Assembly: GCA_963836025.1 (NCBI GenBank)
Contig: CAWIIE010000014.1
Location: forward strand, 105,493-169,492
Direction: 5' to 3'
Length of the DNA stretch: 64,000 nt
DNA from: an uncultured Actinomycetota bacterium
GTDB lineage: Bacteria; Actinomycetota; Actinomycetes; JBEVHX01
The position numbers and the translations under genes were made by a program. This document shows, piece after piece, positions 39,559 to 49,981 of the stretch; within the stretch, counting starts at the first letter, position 1, and the number at the start of each line of letters is the position of its first letter. The notes under the pieces are model-generated. The model did not search any database. It worked only from the letters and a program-made list of their open reading frames with translations, and was not told the origin of the DNA.

Positions 39559-40410
39559 TCAGGGCGACACCAATTCGCTCGGCCGGTCAATCAGCTGCTC
39601 GGGCAGGCCGCCCTGTTGCTCCGCTGTCATGGCGGCGATCATCTGGCCGAACTGCGCGGAGTCCGGCGGCATGAACGGCTCGGCGTCCGGGACCGTCTCC
39701 AGCACCTTCAGGAACTCCTCGATCGGTGTTCCGTCGGCGGCTGGCAGGTGTGAGGAGAAGATCCGGGTCGGCTGGAGCTGTCGGACCCGGTCGAGCACCT
39801 GCCCGAATTTGGTGCGGTCCACGATGTGCGCCCAGGGTGAGTCGGCGGTGGCCCAGCCGACCATGCCGCCGGCCAGCGCCTCCGGTGGCAGGTCGGCCAC
39901 GCTCTGTGTCGCCTCCGGCAGGATCGCCCCGAACGCGTCCACGCTGAACAGGGCGCCGGTGGACTGGTCCAGCACGCCGATCGACAGCGGGTTGTCGAAC
40001 AGCGGCGGCGCGACCGCGGTCAGCGTCCGGTCCCCGACATGGATCTGGTCGCCGACGCGGATGGCATGCACGCGTTCCATCGGGACCGGCCACCACGAAC
40101 CCATCCGCAGCGCGCCCATCGCATGCGTCACCAGCTTGGCGTTCGGTGCGGCCTCCATGATCCGCTGGATGCTGCCGGTGTGGTCGGCGTCGTCGTGGGT
40201 CAGCCACACCCACTTCAGAGACTCCAGGTCGATGAGCGAGCTCACCGCGGCCAGGAAGTCCTCACCGTCGACCCCGATCCCGGTGTCGATGAGCACCGGC
40301 TCCTCGGCCATCAGCACAAAGGCATTGATCGGCAGCACCCCCACCCCGGGCATGGCCAGATTGGCCGGCAGGACGTGCACGTCCCGAGCACCTTGATAGA
40401 CAGCATCCAT
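39559..40410 (-). CDS. MBL-fold metallo-hydrolase
   Basis: ATG 40410; WVWLTHDDADHTG (HxHxDH variant), later FSVDAFG and SSHLP. Confidence 0.8.
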   Translation of the reverse strand: MDAVYQGARDVHVLPANLAMPGVGVLPINAFVLMAEEPVLIDTGIGVDGEDFLAAVSSLIDLESLKWVWLTHDDADHTGSIQRIMEAAPNAKLVTHAMGALRMGSWWPVPMERVHAIRVGDQIHVGDRTLTAVAPPLFDNPLSIGVLDQSTGALFSVDAFGAILPEATQSVADLPPEALAGGMVGWATADSPWAHIVDRTKFGQVLDRVRQLQPTRIFSSHLPAADGTPIEEFLKVLETVPDAEPFMPPDSAQFGQMIAAMTAEQQGGLPEQLIDRPSELVSP

Positions 40411-41332
40411 GGCTAAACCTCCGCGATCCATAGGCCTATGGCTTCGGATCGCCGGCGGCCCCCCGCCGAGAGTTGTACCACGGCGGTCCGAAGGCGCCGC
40501 TGATTGACTGCAGGACCGTTGTGGGAGTGAGGCGATTCGGGGTGGGATGAGCCTCTTCTCCGTAGCCAACAGCGGCGAGTCCAGCGGCCTTCGCAACGGA
40601 TCGACTTCGCCCCGAACGGCATTCATGAAGGGGCGGGTTTCGTCAGGGTGTTCCTGAGCGTTCTTCGGCCTGGGCGGCTGCCTTGGGGGCGCGTCGAGCC
40701 AAGGGGCGGGGTCAACACGGAGCCCCCCGCAGCGCGAAGCGTGAGGGCGAACGGTGTTGACGCCGTCCCGGGTCGACGCACAAGCCGCGTCGGGTGCAGG
40801 GGGTTGTGTCTCTGGCTCCACTGCCGTTGGTCGTGATCGGGGCAACCGGGGCCTGCCACGGCTCATCGAACGGCTACTCGGCCGGCCACAGCCATCCAGC
40901 GCGTCGGCAGCCGACGAACCGCCACACGAGCCATAGGACCGGGCGCTTGCGCACCCAGGTGTCACTGCAGGGTCAACGGCGTCAGCATCGACGATGCGTG
41001 AGCGAGGTCGCGACACCGCGTTGAACGCCAAGGCCAGGCCCACCGGTCGTGCAGCACGCGGAAGGTGTCGGCGGCGCCGGTGAGCAAGTCCTCACCCCGA
41101 CCTTGACGATCCACCGCGTTGATCGCACCGACGGCACCCACGCGGTTGGCAGACGTGGGCGGCGGCCCCACGTTCTAGATGGTCCGTCCGGTTGCGCCAA
41201 TGAATCCCGGCCAAGTCTTTTGCGTTCGCGGCTGCCAGGACGATGTCACCGGCCCTTCGCCCTGTTCAGCACGTACTCAGGCCGTCCCCTTTAGCGTTCT
41301 GGTCGACCATCATGGGCGGAGAGGGGCGGATC

Positions 41333-42094
41333 ATGGAACGACGGAAGCGCACCCGCGTAGCTGGTGTCGTTGCACTGGGGTTGGTACCGCTGCTCGGGAT
41401 CGGACTCGCGCAAGCATCGAGTGGCGGCGCAGGTGCCACGCAAGCCACGGCCCAGAAGGCGATGCCCTTCGGAGATGCTCGGCTGAAGATCGAGTTCAAC
41501 GCCACTGACGGCGATGCCGGCCTGCAGATCTTCGTTGACGCCGAGCCCTGGCGGAAAGTCACTATCACCAACCCACAGGGTCGAGAGGTGGCCCGGTTCA
41601 AGGCCGAGGACGTCATCAGGAACTTCGGCCTGACCGAGCTGTTCTCGGAGAGCAGCGAGCCGCCGTTCGTCGAGTTTCCGTTCGAGCAGTTCAAGCAACT
41701 GTTCCCCCAAGGCCGCTACACCTTTAGCGGGACCACAGTCGAGGGTCAGCAGCTGCAGAGCGTCTTCCGGTTCACGCACAAGGTGCCCGACGCACCGAAC
41801 ATCGTGACGCCGCTCGAAGCATCCGTGGTAGCCCGGGATCAACTGGTTGTCTCGTGGGAGCCGGTCACGACGCCGCAGCGGGTCAAGGTCGCGGCCTACC
41901 AGGTGCTCGTCGTGGCGGACGCACCGGCGAAGGGGAACCCGACACGGGTGCTCGACGTCATGCTGACCGCGGACACGACCCGGTTCCCCGTTCCCGCGGA
42001 GTTCCTGCTGCCCGGTGCGTACAAGACCGAGGTACTGGCGATCGAGAACGGTGGAAACCAGACGCTGTCCGAGGTGGCGTTCACGATCCGGTGA
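41333..42094 (+). CDS. secreted protein, unknown function
   Basis: ATG 41333; signal peptide MERRKRTRVAGVVALGLVPLLGIGLAQA; beta-rich sequence. Confidence 0.6.
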   Translation: MERRKRTRVAGVVALGLVPLLGIGLAQASSGGAGATQATAQKAMPFGDARLKIEFNATDGDAGLQIFVDAEPWRKVTITNPQGREVARFKAEDVIRNFGLTELFSESSEPPFVEFPFEQFKQLFPQGRYTFSGTTVEGQQLQSVFRFTHKVPDAPNIVTPLEASVVARDQLVVSWEPVTTPQRVKVAAYQVLVVADAPAKGNPTRVLDVMLTADTTRFPVPAEFLLPGAYKTEVLAIENGGNQTLSEVAFTIR

Positions 42095-42197
42095 CGCTGC
42101 CACTCGCGGGCACACGCTGGCGCCCATCTGACGCCCGCCCCAGCATGCCGTCAACAAGATCTGAACTTCAATTGGGACTCAGCGGCCGAGCAAGCTT

Positions 42198-42293
42198 CTG
42201 ACGCCAACTCAGATGGCGCTGGAACCGATCGCTGTCGTTCCGTCTCGCTGCGTCCGTATGGTTCACACGAAACGGCAGCAGGCGAGCGCAAGT
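42198..42293. repeat. copy B of repeat family X
   Basis: See 13682-13777; lies 77 nt left of the tRNA-Ala-half repeat. Confidence 0.6.
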
Positions 42294-42322
42294 TGCCGCG
42301 TGCTGAAGGATGGCTCGTGCTG

Positions 42323-42346
42323 CGCGCTAACCGATCGGTTAGCGCG
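42323..42346. repeat. 24-bp perfect palindrome CGCGCTAACCGATCGGTTAGCGCG, with a third half-site at 42349-42357
   Basis: Direct reading; GGTTAGCGCG recurs at 58778-58787 and 60328-60337. Confidence 0.85.
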
Positions 42347-42369
42347 GTGTTAGCGCGATGCCTGCCAAT

Positions 42370-42467
42370 CGGACAAACCGGGCGGACGATCTAACACGAT
42401 CCGACATCAACGCTGTTCAAATGGGTGGAGCTAAGGGGATTCGAACCCCCGACCTTCTGACTGCCAG
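42370..42467 (-). other. att-like direct repeat, copy 1; 42426-42467 is the 3' half of tRNA-Ala(GGC), positions 32-73
   Basis: Sense: CTGGCAG TCAGA AGGTC GGGGG TTCGAAT CCCCT TAGCTCC A (loop with GGC anticodon, T-arm, Ala acceptor strand with U70); no 5' half upstream. Confidence 0.8.
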
Positions 42468-42877
42468 GGCGATCCACGCCGTCGCGGATGGTGCCGTTTC
42501 TGTTGCATCAGCCGATGACCTGCACCTTCTGGTGGTCCACGATCGACCACCTGGGGCCGGTTCGTCCGGTGGACTGCACTTCCTAGCGAATCCCCCGCGT
42601 GTCCTCCAGCGCGTTCCGACCAGTCCCGCGAGACCCATCCTGTCCATCCGGCGCGAGCAGGTTGCTGCCGGGACGTGCCATGTCGTCCGTCCACTCCGGT
42701 TCGCCCCGGCCGACGTGGCGACCGGGCCGCGAGATCGCCAACCGAGCGCACTCATCGCGCGGCCTTTCGACCCTGGAACGGGTCCACTGACGCTGCACTT
42801 GAATCAGGATCAGCCTGGCTTCAGGTTGGCCTGTCCATACTCGCGTTCACGACATCACAAGACGTGGGGTTGCACCG

Positions 42878-43690
42878 ATGACCTGGATCGTGCGCGGTGG
42901 GAAGGTGGCCGTGGCGGCCACGCTGGCCCTGACCAACGCCGGTTGTGGTGGTGACAACGCACCGACGGCCGGCACGGGCGAGGAGACTGCCGGCGCGGGA
43001 ACCGAGACTGGAGCGAGCTCGTCGCCGACGCCCGTCGTCGATCCGGGTGACGGGGGCGACTACCGGCCCGATCTAGATCCGCCGAATTTCGTCGACGTGG
43101 TCTGCAACCCCTACCTGCCGTTCAAGCCCGGCATGAGGTGGGTGTACGAAGGGGCAAGCGACGGCGACGCCGAGCGCACTGAGATCGTCGTCACCACCGA
43201 ACGCCGTGACATCCAGGGCATCTCCGCGACCGTCGTCCGGGACACCGTCTCCACCGGCGGACGGGTCGCCGAGGACACCTACGACTGGTACCCCCAGGAC
43301 AAGGACGGCAAGGTCTGGTACCTCGGCGAGGACACAACCGCCTACGAGGAGGACGGGACGACCAGCAAAGAGGGGTCTTGGGAGTACGGAGTCGACGGCG
43401 CCCTGCCCGGCATTGTCATGCAGGCACACCCCACCGTGGGGAACAGTTACCGGCAGGAGTACTACCCGGGGCACGCAGAGGACGCAGCTGAGGTGCTGCT
43501 GGTCGGCGAGACCAAGAAGATCGGCATCGGCGAATACACCGACGTCGTGGTGACCGAGGATTGGAACCCGCTCGACCCGGAGATCATCGAGAACAAGTAC
43601 TTCGCGCCCGGAGTGGGCCTGATATTCGCTGAGCACACGGCGGGCCCCGCGGAATCCGAAGAGCTGGTCGAGTTCACACCCGGTTCCTGA
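42878..43690 (+). CDS. lipoprotein, unknown function
   Basis: Lipobox ALTNAGC; Gly/Thr-rich linker then a globular domain. Confidence 0.65.
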   Translation: MTWIVRGGKVAVAATLALTNAGCGGDNAPTAGTGEETAGAGTETGASSSPTPVVDPGDGGDYRPDLDPPNFVDVVCNPYLPFKPGMRWVYEGASDGDAERTEIVVTTERRDIQGISATVVRDTVSTGGRVAEDTYDWYPQDKDGKVWYLGEDTTAYEEDGTTSKEGSWEYGVDGALPGIVMQAHPTVGNSYRQEYYPGHAEDAAEVLLVGETKKIGIGEYTDVVVTEDWNPLDPEIIENKYFAPGVGLIFAEHTAGPAESEELVEFTPGS

Positions 43691-44366
43691 TAGCTGGTCA
43701 GGCGTGAAGACGCACGATCGTGGATGACTGCGAAACTGTGCGGCCCGCGATACTGACGACGACACCACCCACGCTCCGAACAGCGGCACGGCTGGACAAG
43801 CACTGCCGGTGCCCCCGAGCACCACCGGCGGCGGGCGTGCGACCTGCACCCACCGGATCACGTGCTGACCGCGCCATACACCACGACGTGGACTTGACCC
43901 CAACGCGGCCCTCCGACGGGGATGCCTGATCATCCCCGCCCGCAACGGCACTTGTACGCGGTCAATGGCTACTCGACAGCGACTGCCGGGGCGCCGCGGT
44001 AACTGTGAATCAACTTCGGAGTCGGAGTTGGCAGCGTTGCAGCTGACAGTGGTGAGGCTCAGAAGCAGTACCGCAATCGCGACTCGATGCCTCACCCTCA
44101 TCGGTAGCCCTGACCGCCCTTTCGGGTCGGCCCATCCGACGCGCCGTCAGCTGCAGTCGGGATGGGCTAGTGAGCTGCCAGGTGCTCGGGGATGAACCGA
44201 CGATGGCACCTCCCGGCGGTCGTTACGCTCCGAGAACTCAATCCTGTCGATCGGGTCCACGGAATCGATCTCGAGGACGTGGCTGGGTTGGCACTGTGCC
44301 AGAACTGTGCCGACGCGCCCGCGTTCGCGGGGTCATACAAAGTTTGGTCCACGGAGGTGATGGTCG

Positions 44367-45350
44367 GTGGAGGTCCGATTCCTGAGCCAGTCCGCGATAG
44401 CCGTGCATCAGGTCGCTGAACTGCCCGCGTTGCTCGAGCGCGACGACGGCTTCGTCTGGGTGGACATTCCCACTTTCGACGACGAGCAGGCACGCGTCCT
44501 CGCCCATCGGTTTGGCTTCCATGACATGGCGCTTCGGGCATGTCAGGAGCGCAATCACTTGCCGTCGACGCACGCATACCAGGAGTACATCTTCACCATC
44601 CTGCATGCTCCGCTGCCGGGTGCCGCCGGGCACGTGCACCTGCTGGAGATCGACCAGTTCGTCGGTCGTCGCTACCTGGTGACGGTGCATGGCCCGCTCA
44701 ACCCTGACGTCGCGATCGAGCGCGCCCTTGAGGAGACCCTGGCGGTGCTCAGCCGGATCGAGCGCGGGCGCTTCCGTCCGTCATCCCCCGCCGAGCTGTC
44801 CTACGCCATCGTGACGGCCGTGGCCCGGCGCCAACGCGGCCTGGTCACCACGGTCGCGGAAGAGGTTGCCGCGCTCGAGCGACGGGTCATGGGCGACGAC
44901 CTCCGCAACCCCGAGCAACTGCTCGAGGAAATGTTCCTGGTGCGCCACGAACTGCTGACCGTGCGCACCATGGCGGCCCAAAGTCACGACATCTTTGCTC
45001 GGCTGGCCACCTTGGGGCGCTTCGTCCCCGTCGAGGACAAGCCGATGCTGCACGACCTGGCCGATCAGTTCGACCGGATCCGCAGTCTCAGCGACGGCGA
45101 GAAGGAGTTCCTCTACGGCGTCATCGACCTGTACCAAACCCGAGTCGCCACCAAGATGACCGTGGCCGTGGAACGGCTCGCCGTGCTCGCCGCGGTCACG
45201 TTGCCCATCACCGCGCTGGCGTCGATCTTCGGCATGAACGTGATCGTCCACGACCAAACCCAGCCGGTCCAACTCGTGTTGATCCTCGTGCTGATGATCG
45301 CGATCAGCGGCCTGCTGCTGCGCTGGACCAAACGACAAGGCTGGTGGTAG
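44367..45350 (+). CDS. corA: CorA family Mg2+/Co2+ transporter
   Basis: GTG start; cytoplasmic domain plus two C-terminal TMs with ASIFGMNV (GMN motif). Confidence 0.85.
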   Translation: MEVRFLSQSAIAVHQVAELPALLERDDGFVWVDIPTFDDEQARVLAHRFGFHDMALRACQERNHLPSTHAYQEYIFTILHAPLPGAAGHVHLLEIDQFVGRRYLVTVHGPLNPDVAIERALEETLAVLSRIERGRFRPSSPAELSYAIVTAVARRQRGLVTTVAEEVAALERRVMGDDLRNPEQLLEEMFLVRHELLTVRTMAAQSHDIFARLATLGRFVPVEDKPMLHDLADQFDRIRSLSDGEKEFLYGVIDLYQTRVATKMTVAVERLAVLAAVTLPITALASIFGMNVIVHDQTQPVQLVLILVLMIAISGLLLRWTKRQGWW

Positions 45351-45596
45351 TCGCCTACTAGGACTTGCCGTTCTTCGACTTGCCCTTCTACGCTTGCGCG
45401 TTCGAGATCTTCGCAGCCCGCTTCCTGGACATGCCCTTATCCCTCAAGGCCGCCTTGAGCTGGCTGACATCGACAACCGCGTGTTGACCGATGTTTGCGA
45501 CATACGTCGACGAACTGCGCAGCGAACACCGCTTGACCGATTACCACCGGACCGCCTCCAACGCCGGATCACGCGTGGGCGCCCGCAGGCAGTCAT

Positions 45597-45680
45597 CTGA
45601 CACCGAATCAGACGGTCCTGGAACCCGTTGCTGTCATTCCACGTCGTCCGTATGGTTCGCACGAATCGGAACCAAACCTG
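45597..45680. repeat. copy C of repeat family X (shorter, internal deletion)
   Basis: TCTGACACCGAATCAGACGGTCCTGGAACCCGTTGCTGTCATTCC...GTCGTCCGTATGGTTCGCACGAATCGG; convergent intergenic position. Confidence 0.5.
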
Positions 45681-45719
45681 GATGAGCTGGCCATCAGCTA
45701 TGGCCGCTCAGGTGTGTCC

Positions 45720-47603
45720 CTACTGGTCGGGTGTCCCTTTCAGGGATCCGGACACCAACGCGCTGGAGAGCTTCTGCCCGCCTGGCACCTGACCGACGCC
45801 GCCGGCCGTTTCTACGTTCGGTCGGCCCGACGGGGCCAGGACTGGATCGGCGTCAGGGGTCACGATCGGGATCGAGAGCTTCATGCGGGTGTGCGCGGCA
45901 TCGCGGGTCACGTCGAGTGTTCCTTCGAGGGCTGTGACCCGGTCGGAGACGGAAGCGTGCTCACCCACGACGCCCTCAACTCTGACGACGATGATCAGCT
46001 CGTTGTCCCGGGTGGCAGCGTGGATGGTCGTCGGCCCGGTCTCGCTCGCGCGCGCAAGCAGGAGGTATGCGGTGGACTCGATGACGTCGTCGAAACGCTG
46101 GCGCGGCATGGCCTCGACGTGCAGGCGCCTGCTCTCGCCGAGCGCACCGAGCGCGGCGGCCAGTCCCGAGTCCTTGAGGAGCACCGGGTAGATGCCCCGA
46201 GCTAGCTGCCGCAGATCCGAGATGGTCTGCTGCAACAGAGCCTCCGCCTGGTCGAGCTGCCGACCGGCGTCGGTGGTACGTGAGCGCAGAAGCCGCAAGG
46301 CGAGCGACAGCCCGACCAGTCGCTGCTGCGCCCCGTCGTGCAGGTCACGTTCGATGCGGCGACGCTCCTCGTCACCGGCTGCGACGATACGCGCACCGGA
46401 CGTGCGGAGGTCGTCCATCTCGGCCAGCGCTTCGGCGTGCAGGCGTTCGTTCTCCAGCGCGAGGTGCAGTGCCGATTCGATGTTCGCCGCCGCCTCTCGG
46501 CCGTCGAGCAGGCCTGGCCGATGAACGAGGACGGCGACCTCGGTCCCGTCGTAACGCAGCCGCGTCATGACTCGGCCATCCGCCGGTGGGAGCTGAACGG
46601 CGTTGGCCAGCGCGTCCACGTGGCGGCGATCACCGTCGATCGGGTAGGCGACGAGCAGGTCGGGATCACCCAGTCGGGTGGCGATCGCCTGCCGAAGTTG
46701 GCCGGCAGGGGCAGTGCCACCCAGCTCGACGACCAGCCGGGTCAGGGCGCGGTGAGCGACTCGGCCACGCACGACGTCGATGATCACCGCCGCACCGATC
46801 AGCGTCAGGAGGGCCGCCTGGGCGAGCCACAGCCAAGCATCGCGCTCCTCGCCACCGAGGAAACCCCGGTCGAGGCTTGCCACGTAGGAGACGAGAACCA
46901 CGCTCAGATAGCCGAGCGAACCGGCGGAGACCAGAAGCACCGACTGTCGACGCGCAGGGCTCGCCTGGAGGAACCGCCACGTGATCGCTGACAGTGCGGC
47001 CGTGAGCCACACGACGCCGAGACGGACCCCAGTCAAATTAAGCTGGTCATAGAGATCCGGTCGATCGGCAATCAGCAACAGATTGTCGGCGCATCCGACA
47101 CATCCCTGGCCTGCCGGGTCGAAGACCGCGGCTGACGCGGCGCCGAGCACGACAATCGTGATTGCGTAGCCGCAGGCAACGACGACGCGGCTCGTCCACG
47201 CCCCGAGCCGACCCGACGGGTATGCGAGTCCGAGATGGACCACCACTGCCGGGCACGCCGCATACAGCACGAGCCCAGTCGTGAACAGCAGGCTTGAGGA
47301 GATCGCGGGGTTGTCGAACTCGGCAAGCAGCCACATGATTGCGACCGCGTACACCACGAGGGCGGTCGCATACCGCCCCCGGACGTACGACACGACCAGG
47401 GCCGCGACCAGGAGCGACCAGCCGGCGGCCAGCAAGGCGGTCGTCCCCCAGGGGGCTGTTGCGGTGAAGGAGAAGCCGGCCGCTGTTCGGGCGATCGCGA
47501 ATGCGGCCAGGCTCAGCGCCAGGCCTGCACCGAGCAGAGCGAGCCGGATCGGCATCGATGACTTCTCCCAACCCCCACGCGACACCGTCGCGTCCACCAG
47601 CAT
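45720..47603 (-). CDS. membrane histidine kinase HK-A: canonical HisKA_3 H-box, degenerate ATP-binding domain
   Basis: ERRRIERDLHDGAQQRL (His codon 46338-46340); CA region ESTAYLLLARASETG / VEGVVG / SDRVTALEGTL lacks N-box Asn, G1 and G2 glycines; start may be ATG 47555. Confidence 0.8.
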   Translation of the reverse strand: MLVDATVSRGGWEKSSMPIRLALLGAGLALSLAAFAIARTAAGFSFTATAPWGTTALLAAGWSLLVAALVVSYVRGRYATALVVYAVAIMWLLAEFDNPAISSSLLFTTGLVLYAACPAVVVHLGLAYPSGRLGAWTSRVVVACGYAITIVVLGAASAAVFDPAGQGCVGCADNLLLIADRPDLYDQLNLTGVRLGVVWLTAALSAITWRFLQASPARRQSVLLVSAGSLGYLSVVLVSYVASLDRGFLGGEERDAWLWLAQAALLTLIGAAVIIDVVRGRVAHRALTRLVVELGGTAPAGQLRQAIATRLGDPDLLVAYPIDGDRRHVDALANAVQLPPADGRVMTRLRYDGTEVAVLVHRPGLLDGREAAANIESALHLALENERLHAEALAEMDDLRTSGARIVAAGDEERRRIERDLHDGAQQRLVGLSLALRLLRSRTTDAGRQLDQAEALLQQTISDLRQLARGIYPVLLKDSGLAAALGALGESRRLHVEAMPRQRFDDVIESTAYLLLARASETGPTTIHAATRDNELIIVVRVEGVVGEHASVSDRVTALEGTLDVTRDAAHTRMKLSIPIVTPDADPVLAPSGRPNVETAGGVGQVPGGQKLSSALVSGSLKGTPDQ

Positions 47604-47714
47604 TGTGGCGGGAGAGGGCTATCCCCGATGTACTTACGCCAGAGGGGGGTTTGGCCCCGATGTCGCGACCCGGCAGCGTCCCTAGCGTCGGTGGCATCGA
47701 CAAGGGGGTTTCCG

Positions 47715-49550
47715 ATGAAGAGAACCAAGCAACAATCCTGGATCGCCGCCGTGGGCCTACTGGGTCTGCTCGTCGGCACCGCTGCTTGTGCAGCCCCGGA
47801 TCGCGCCGGAGGGAACGCCGACGCCGACGCGACCGTGCTGACCTTCGCGCAGCCAAACGAAGGTGCGCCCCAGGCCCAGCTGGTTGCCTGGGCCGAGGAG
47901 GTCGACCGGCTCTCGGGGGGATCGGTCCGGATCGAGTTCAAGAACGGCTGGCGCATCGGTGAACCAGATTTCGAGTCGGGGACCATCGCGGATGTGCAGG
48001 AGGGCGATGTCGACATGGCGTGGGTCGGTGCGCGTGCATTCGACCGGATCGGCGTGACCAGTTTCCAAGCCCTGCTGGCGCCGATGCTCGTCGACAGCCA
48101 TGACATTCAGGCGAAGGTGTTCGAGGAAGGCATCCCACAGGAGATGCTCGCCGGCCTCGGCCAGATCGACGTTATGGGGGTGGGGGTCCTACCGGGACCG
48201 ATGCGGAAGGTGCTGGGGGTTGAGAGGGCGTTCACGACGCCCGGCGACTTCTCCGGCGCCGTCGTCGGGATGCAGGACTCAGCGGTTGCTGAGCGATCTT
48301 TCGCGGTACTGGGTGCCTCGACGAAGAGCCTGCCCAGCGGTGCAAGCATCAATGGTGTCGACGCCTACGAGCAGCAGCTTTCGTCCATCTGGGGCAACCA
48401 CTACGAGCTGTCCGCCGGCTTCGTGACGTCGAACCTCAACCCCTGGCCGCGGCCGCTTGTCATGTTCATCGGTAGGACGGCCTACGACGGTCTGTCTGAG
48501 AGTCAGCAGCGGGCCCTCACCTCGGCAACCGACCAGGCGATGCTGACAGCACTCGATGCCGCGCGGGCCGAAGACTCCGAGTTCGTTGCCGATCTCTGCC
48601 ACGCCGGCTTGGAGTTCACTGCGGCGTCACTTGACCAGCTTGGCAGTCTGGAACTGGCCTGGCAGCAGGTCTACGACGAGCTCGGCACAGACTCAGAGAC
48701 CGGCAAGTGGATCGACCGCATCAAGGTGCTCAAGGAAACCCTGGGTGCCGGGCCGGACACAGCCGAGTGCCCTGAGGATGACGCCGCGACGCCCGTGGCC
48801 GGGTCGCAGGATCTGCCCAACGGTACCTACGAGATGACCCTGACGCCCGACGACATCCGAGCCGGCTGCAAGCCTGGCGATCTTGGCGCTGAGAACCTCG
48901 AGCCGCTGACCGAGTTCGAACAGACCCTGTTCGTGAACACCGTCAAAGACGGCACGATCACGCAGTTCTCTTACTACGGCGGCCGCGACGGCGAGCGCGA
49001 CTTTGGCTGGGGCGGGAGCTTCCGGACCTTCCGGGACACTTTCGAGCTCACCGACGACGAGGGTGGGGTGCTTCCTGCGACTTGGTCCTTTGACGGAAAG
49101 CAGCTCGTGCTCAGCGACATGCGGACCGAGTGGTGTGACAACAAGACGGTCTGGACGACACACCCGTGGGTGCTGGTCACCGTGACCCCGGCTGCGTCCA
49201 GTGGTGCGTCCAGTGCATCCAGTCTCGAGGGCACCTGGACGACCACGGTGACCGAGGAAGACTGGGCCACGGCGGGGTTGAGCAACCTCAGCGACCAGGC
49301 CGGCGTGTTCACCCTGACCTTCGCGAACGGCCTGGTCACGCTCACCCAGCCTGACGGCGTGATGGGCTACCGGGCCAAGTACAAGGCGTTCCGGGATCGA
49401 CTCGAGACGAGCGGACATGAGGATGTGCTCACCGCGACCTGGTCGGTGACCGGCGACACGCTGAGCATGAGCGGGATCAACAGCGGTGGCTGCACCGATT
49501 GCGAGCCATACGCCGTGGTCTGGGGTACGCACCCCTGGACCAGGCAGTAG
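47715..49550 (+). CDS. DctP-like (TRAP-type) solute-binding lipoprotein with a duplicated C-terminal extension
   Basis: Lipobox LVGTAAC; DctP-like pattern (IEFKNGW..GE..FESGTIADVQEGDVDMAWVG...); two related C-terminal modules of about 115 aa ending THPWVLV / THPWTRQ; no DctQM nearby. Confidence 0.75.
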   Translation: MKRTKQQSWIAAVGLLGLLVGTAACAAPDRAGGNADADATVLTFAQPNEGAPQAQLVAWAEEVDRLSGGSVRIEFKNGWRIGEPDFESGTIADVQEGDVDMAWVGARAFDRIGVTSFQALLAPMLVDSHDIQAKVFEEGIPQEMLAGLGQIDVMGVGVLPGPMRKVLGVERAFTTPGDFSGAVVGMQDSAVAERSFAVLGASTKSLPSGASINGVDAYEQQLSSIWGNHYELSAGFVTSNLNPWPRPLVMFIGRTAYDGLSESQQRALTSATDQAMLTALDAARAEDSEFVADLCHAGLEFTAASLDQLGSLELAWQQVYDELGTDSETGKWIDRIKVLKETLGAGPDTAECPEDDAATPVAGSQDLPNGTYEMTLTPDDIRAGCKPGDLGAENLEPLTEFEQTLFVNTVKDGTITQFSYYGGRDGERDFGWGGSFRTFRDTFELTDDEGGVLPATWSFDGKQLVLSDMRTEWCDNKTVWTTHPWVLVTVTPAASSGASSASSLEGTWTTTVTEEDWATAGLSNLSDQAGVFTLTFANGLVTLTQPDGVMGYRAKYKAFRDRLETSGHEDVLTATWSVTGDTLSMSGINSGGCTDCEPYAVVWGTHPWTRQ

Positions 49551-49557
49551 CAGCGAG

Positions 49558-49977
49558 ATGAATCCGCGCGTCGGGGACAGTCCTGACGCGCGGACCCATG
49601 TCTGCTGTCAGCATGGCGCGGTGGCCCCCACGTTGTTGATCGCCGACGACCACGCGGGCTTCCGGTCCTTCGCGCGTGCGCTGCTGGAATCCGAGGGCTA
49701 CGACGTCATCGGCGAAGCCGAAGACGGGGCGGCCACGGTCGCCGCTGCTCGGCGACTCGATCCGGAGATCGTGCTGCTTGACATCGCGTTGCCCGACATG
49801 GACGGCTTCGCTGTCTGCGAGCAGATCACCGCCGGCCGCCGGGACCGACCCATCGTCGTGCTCACATCGAGCCGAGATGCCGAGTCGTACCGCGACAAGA
49901 TGCTGACCAGCCGCGCGCGCGGGTTCATCCCGAAACAGGACCTCTCCGGCGCAACCCTCGCCGCGTTGACAGGCTGA
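49558..49977 (+). CDS. stand-alone response-regulator receiver domain
   Basis: LLIADDH, VLLDIALPDMDG (phospho-Asp), VVLTSS, FIPKQD (Lys); no output domain; start could be GTG 49621. Confidence 0.75.
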   Translation: MNPRVGDSPDARTHVCCQHGAVAPTLLIADDHAGFRSFARALLESEGYDVIGEAEDGAATVAAARRLDPEIVLLDIALPDMDGFAVCEQITAGRRDRPIVVLTSSRDAESYRDKMLTSRARGFIPKQDLSGATLAALTG

Positions 49978-49981
49978 GGCG

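Noticed and set aside
40411-41332. 0.9-kb gap between the MBL gene and the secreted-protein gene. It includes a minus-strand piece ANRVGAVGAINAVDRQGRGEDLLTGAADTF that looks enzyme-like.
   Set aside because: The piece is too short and isolated to assign. There are no clear start or stop boundaries and no riboswitch signature that I could recognise.
42426-42467. Possible functional tRNA genes at 42.4 and 58.6 kb.
   Set aside because: Only positions 32-73 are present. The sequence that should hold the 5' anticodon stem (TCTGA), D-arm and GGGGCTA acceptor strand is unrelated in both copies.
42468-42877. Possible integrase remnant next to tRNA-half copy 1 (minus-strand pieces such as TWHVPAATCSRRMDRMG or ERAGGHA).
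   Set aside because: The resemblance to the HxLRHT...LGH box is only a few scattered residues across three frames. It cannot be supported without a profile search.
43700-44101. Minus-strand ORF starting with a lipoprotein-like signal (MRVRHRVAIAVLLLSLTTVSC).
   Set aside because: After about 35 codons the frame becomes Arg/Pro-rich with low third-position GC. It is likely a short remnant or chance ORF.
44102-44366. Mg2+ (M-box) riboswitch upstream of corA.
   Set aside because: I could not find the conserved M-box core sequences by eye. An Infernal scan would be needed.
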